Below, one piece after another: positions 62,943 to 64,000 of a stretch of DNA of 64,000 bases (its first letter is position 1; each line of letters starts with the position of its first letter). The position numbers and the translations under genes are program-made. The notes under the pieces were generated by a model. It did not search any database and was not told where the DNA came from. It was given only the letters and a program-made list of their open reading frames with translations. Origin of the DNA: the human T2T-CHM13v2.0 reference genome, Homo sapiens; the NCBI RefSeq assembly GCF_009914755.1, contig NC_060938.1; one strand, given 5' to 3'.

Positions 62943-64000
62943 TGATCCACCCGCCTAAGCCTCCCAAAGTGCTGGGATTACAGGTGTGAGCCACCGCACC
63001 TGGCCTCGTGTTAACTTTTTTAAAAGACAAGGTCTTACTCTGTTGTCCAGGCAACAGTATACAGTGGCAATCACGGCTCACTGCAGCTTTGAACTCCTGG
63101 GCTCAAGCAATCCTCCTGTGTCAGCCTCCCCTGGGACTACGGGAACACACCACCATGGCCTAGCTAATTTTCAAAATATTTTGTAGACATAGAATGTCAT
63201 TTTGTTGCCTAGGCTGGTCTTGAACTCCTGGCCTCATGTGATTTTCCCACACTGGCCTCCCTAAGTGTTGGGATCACAGGCATAAGTCACAGTACCCAGC
63301 CAAAAAAACTTTTTGAGGCCAGGCGGGATGGTTCACGCCTGTAATCCTAGCACATTGGGAGGCTGAGGCTGGTGGATCACTTAAGGTAAGGAGTTCGAGA
63401 CCAGCTTGGCCAACATGGTGAAACCCCGTATCTACTAAAAATACAAAAATTATCCAGGCATGGTGGCAAGTGCCTGTAGTCCCAGCTACTCAGGACGCGG
63501 AGGCAGGAGAATGGCTTGAACCCAGCAGGCAGAGGTTGCCATAACCCAAGATCATGCCACTGCACTCCAGCCTGGGCAACAGGGCGAGACTCTGCCTTAA
63601 AAAAAAAACAAATTGTTTTTGGTTAGTGTTTTAGTCTTGCACACAGCTTTTTTTTTTTAATTAATTAATTTATTTTTTTCGAGACGGAGTCTCGCTTTGT
63701 CGCCCAGGCTGGAATGCAATGGCGCGGTCTCGGCTCACTGCTACCTACCTCCCTCTCCTGGGTTCAAACAATTCTCCTGCCTCAGCCTCTGGAGTAGCTG
63801 TGATTACAGGTGCCTGCTACCATGCCTGGCTAATTTTTGTATTTTTAGTAGAGACGGGGTTTCACTATGTTGGCCAGGCTGCTCTCGAACTGCTGACCTT
63901 GTGATCCACCCTCCTCAGCCTCTCAAAGTGCTGGGATTACAGGCATGAGCCACTGCGCCCAGGAGCACATGGCCTTTTAAAAGGAAACATGAGTTGCCTT

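Overview
Human (primate) genomic DNA, very Alu-dense, recognisable as the EAPP-SNX6 interval of chromosome 14q13 (identified from the translated proteins, not from a database search). The complete 6-exon EAPP coding sequence (minus strand, 285 aa, exons phased by hand) spans 9069-32383, with a CpG-island promoter at about 32050-32600. The last three coding exons and the 3' UTR of SNX6 (minus strand) lie at about 51435-58036. A full-length, open-frame RPS19 retrocopy sits in the SNX6 intron at 58659-59193. The dominant structure is a 19.05 kb spaced inverted repeat: arms 33422-40612 and 45287-52471, spacer 4674 bp, only 3 differences found by eye. Each arm carries a full-length U1 snRNA gene (probably RNU1-27P and RNU1-28P) with octamer-like DSE, PSE and 3' box, plus a copy of the distal SNX6 3' UTR and its poly(A) signals. 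Junction evidence points to the right arm as the ancestral copy. Smaller observations include a C58U variant in one U1 copy, Diamond-Blackfan-type substitutions (R62W, R101H) in the RPS19 retrocopy, a young AluYb9-type insertion, an inverted templated capture between loci 15 kb apart, and a 51-nt twin-hairpin retroposed element. Almost all ORFs in the supplied track are Alu, L1 or microsatellite artefacts. I found no wholly new gene system; the best candidate for under-appreciated biology is the palindromic twin-U1 locus.
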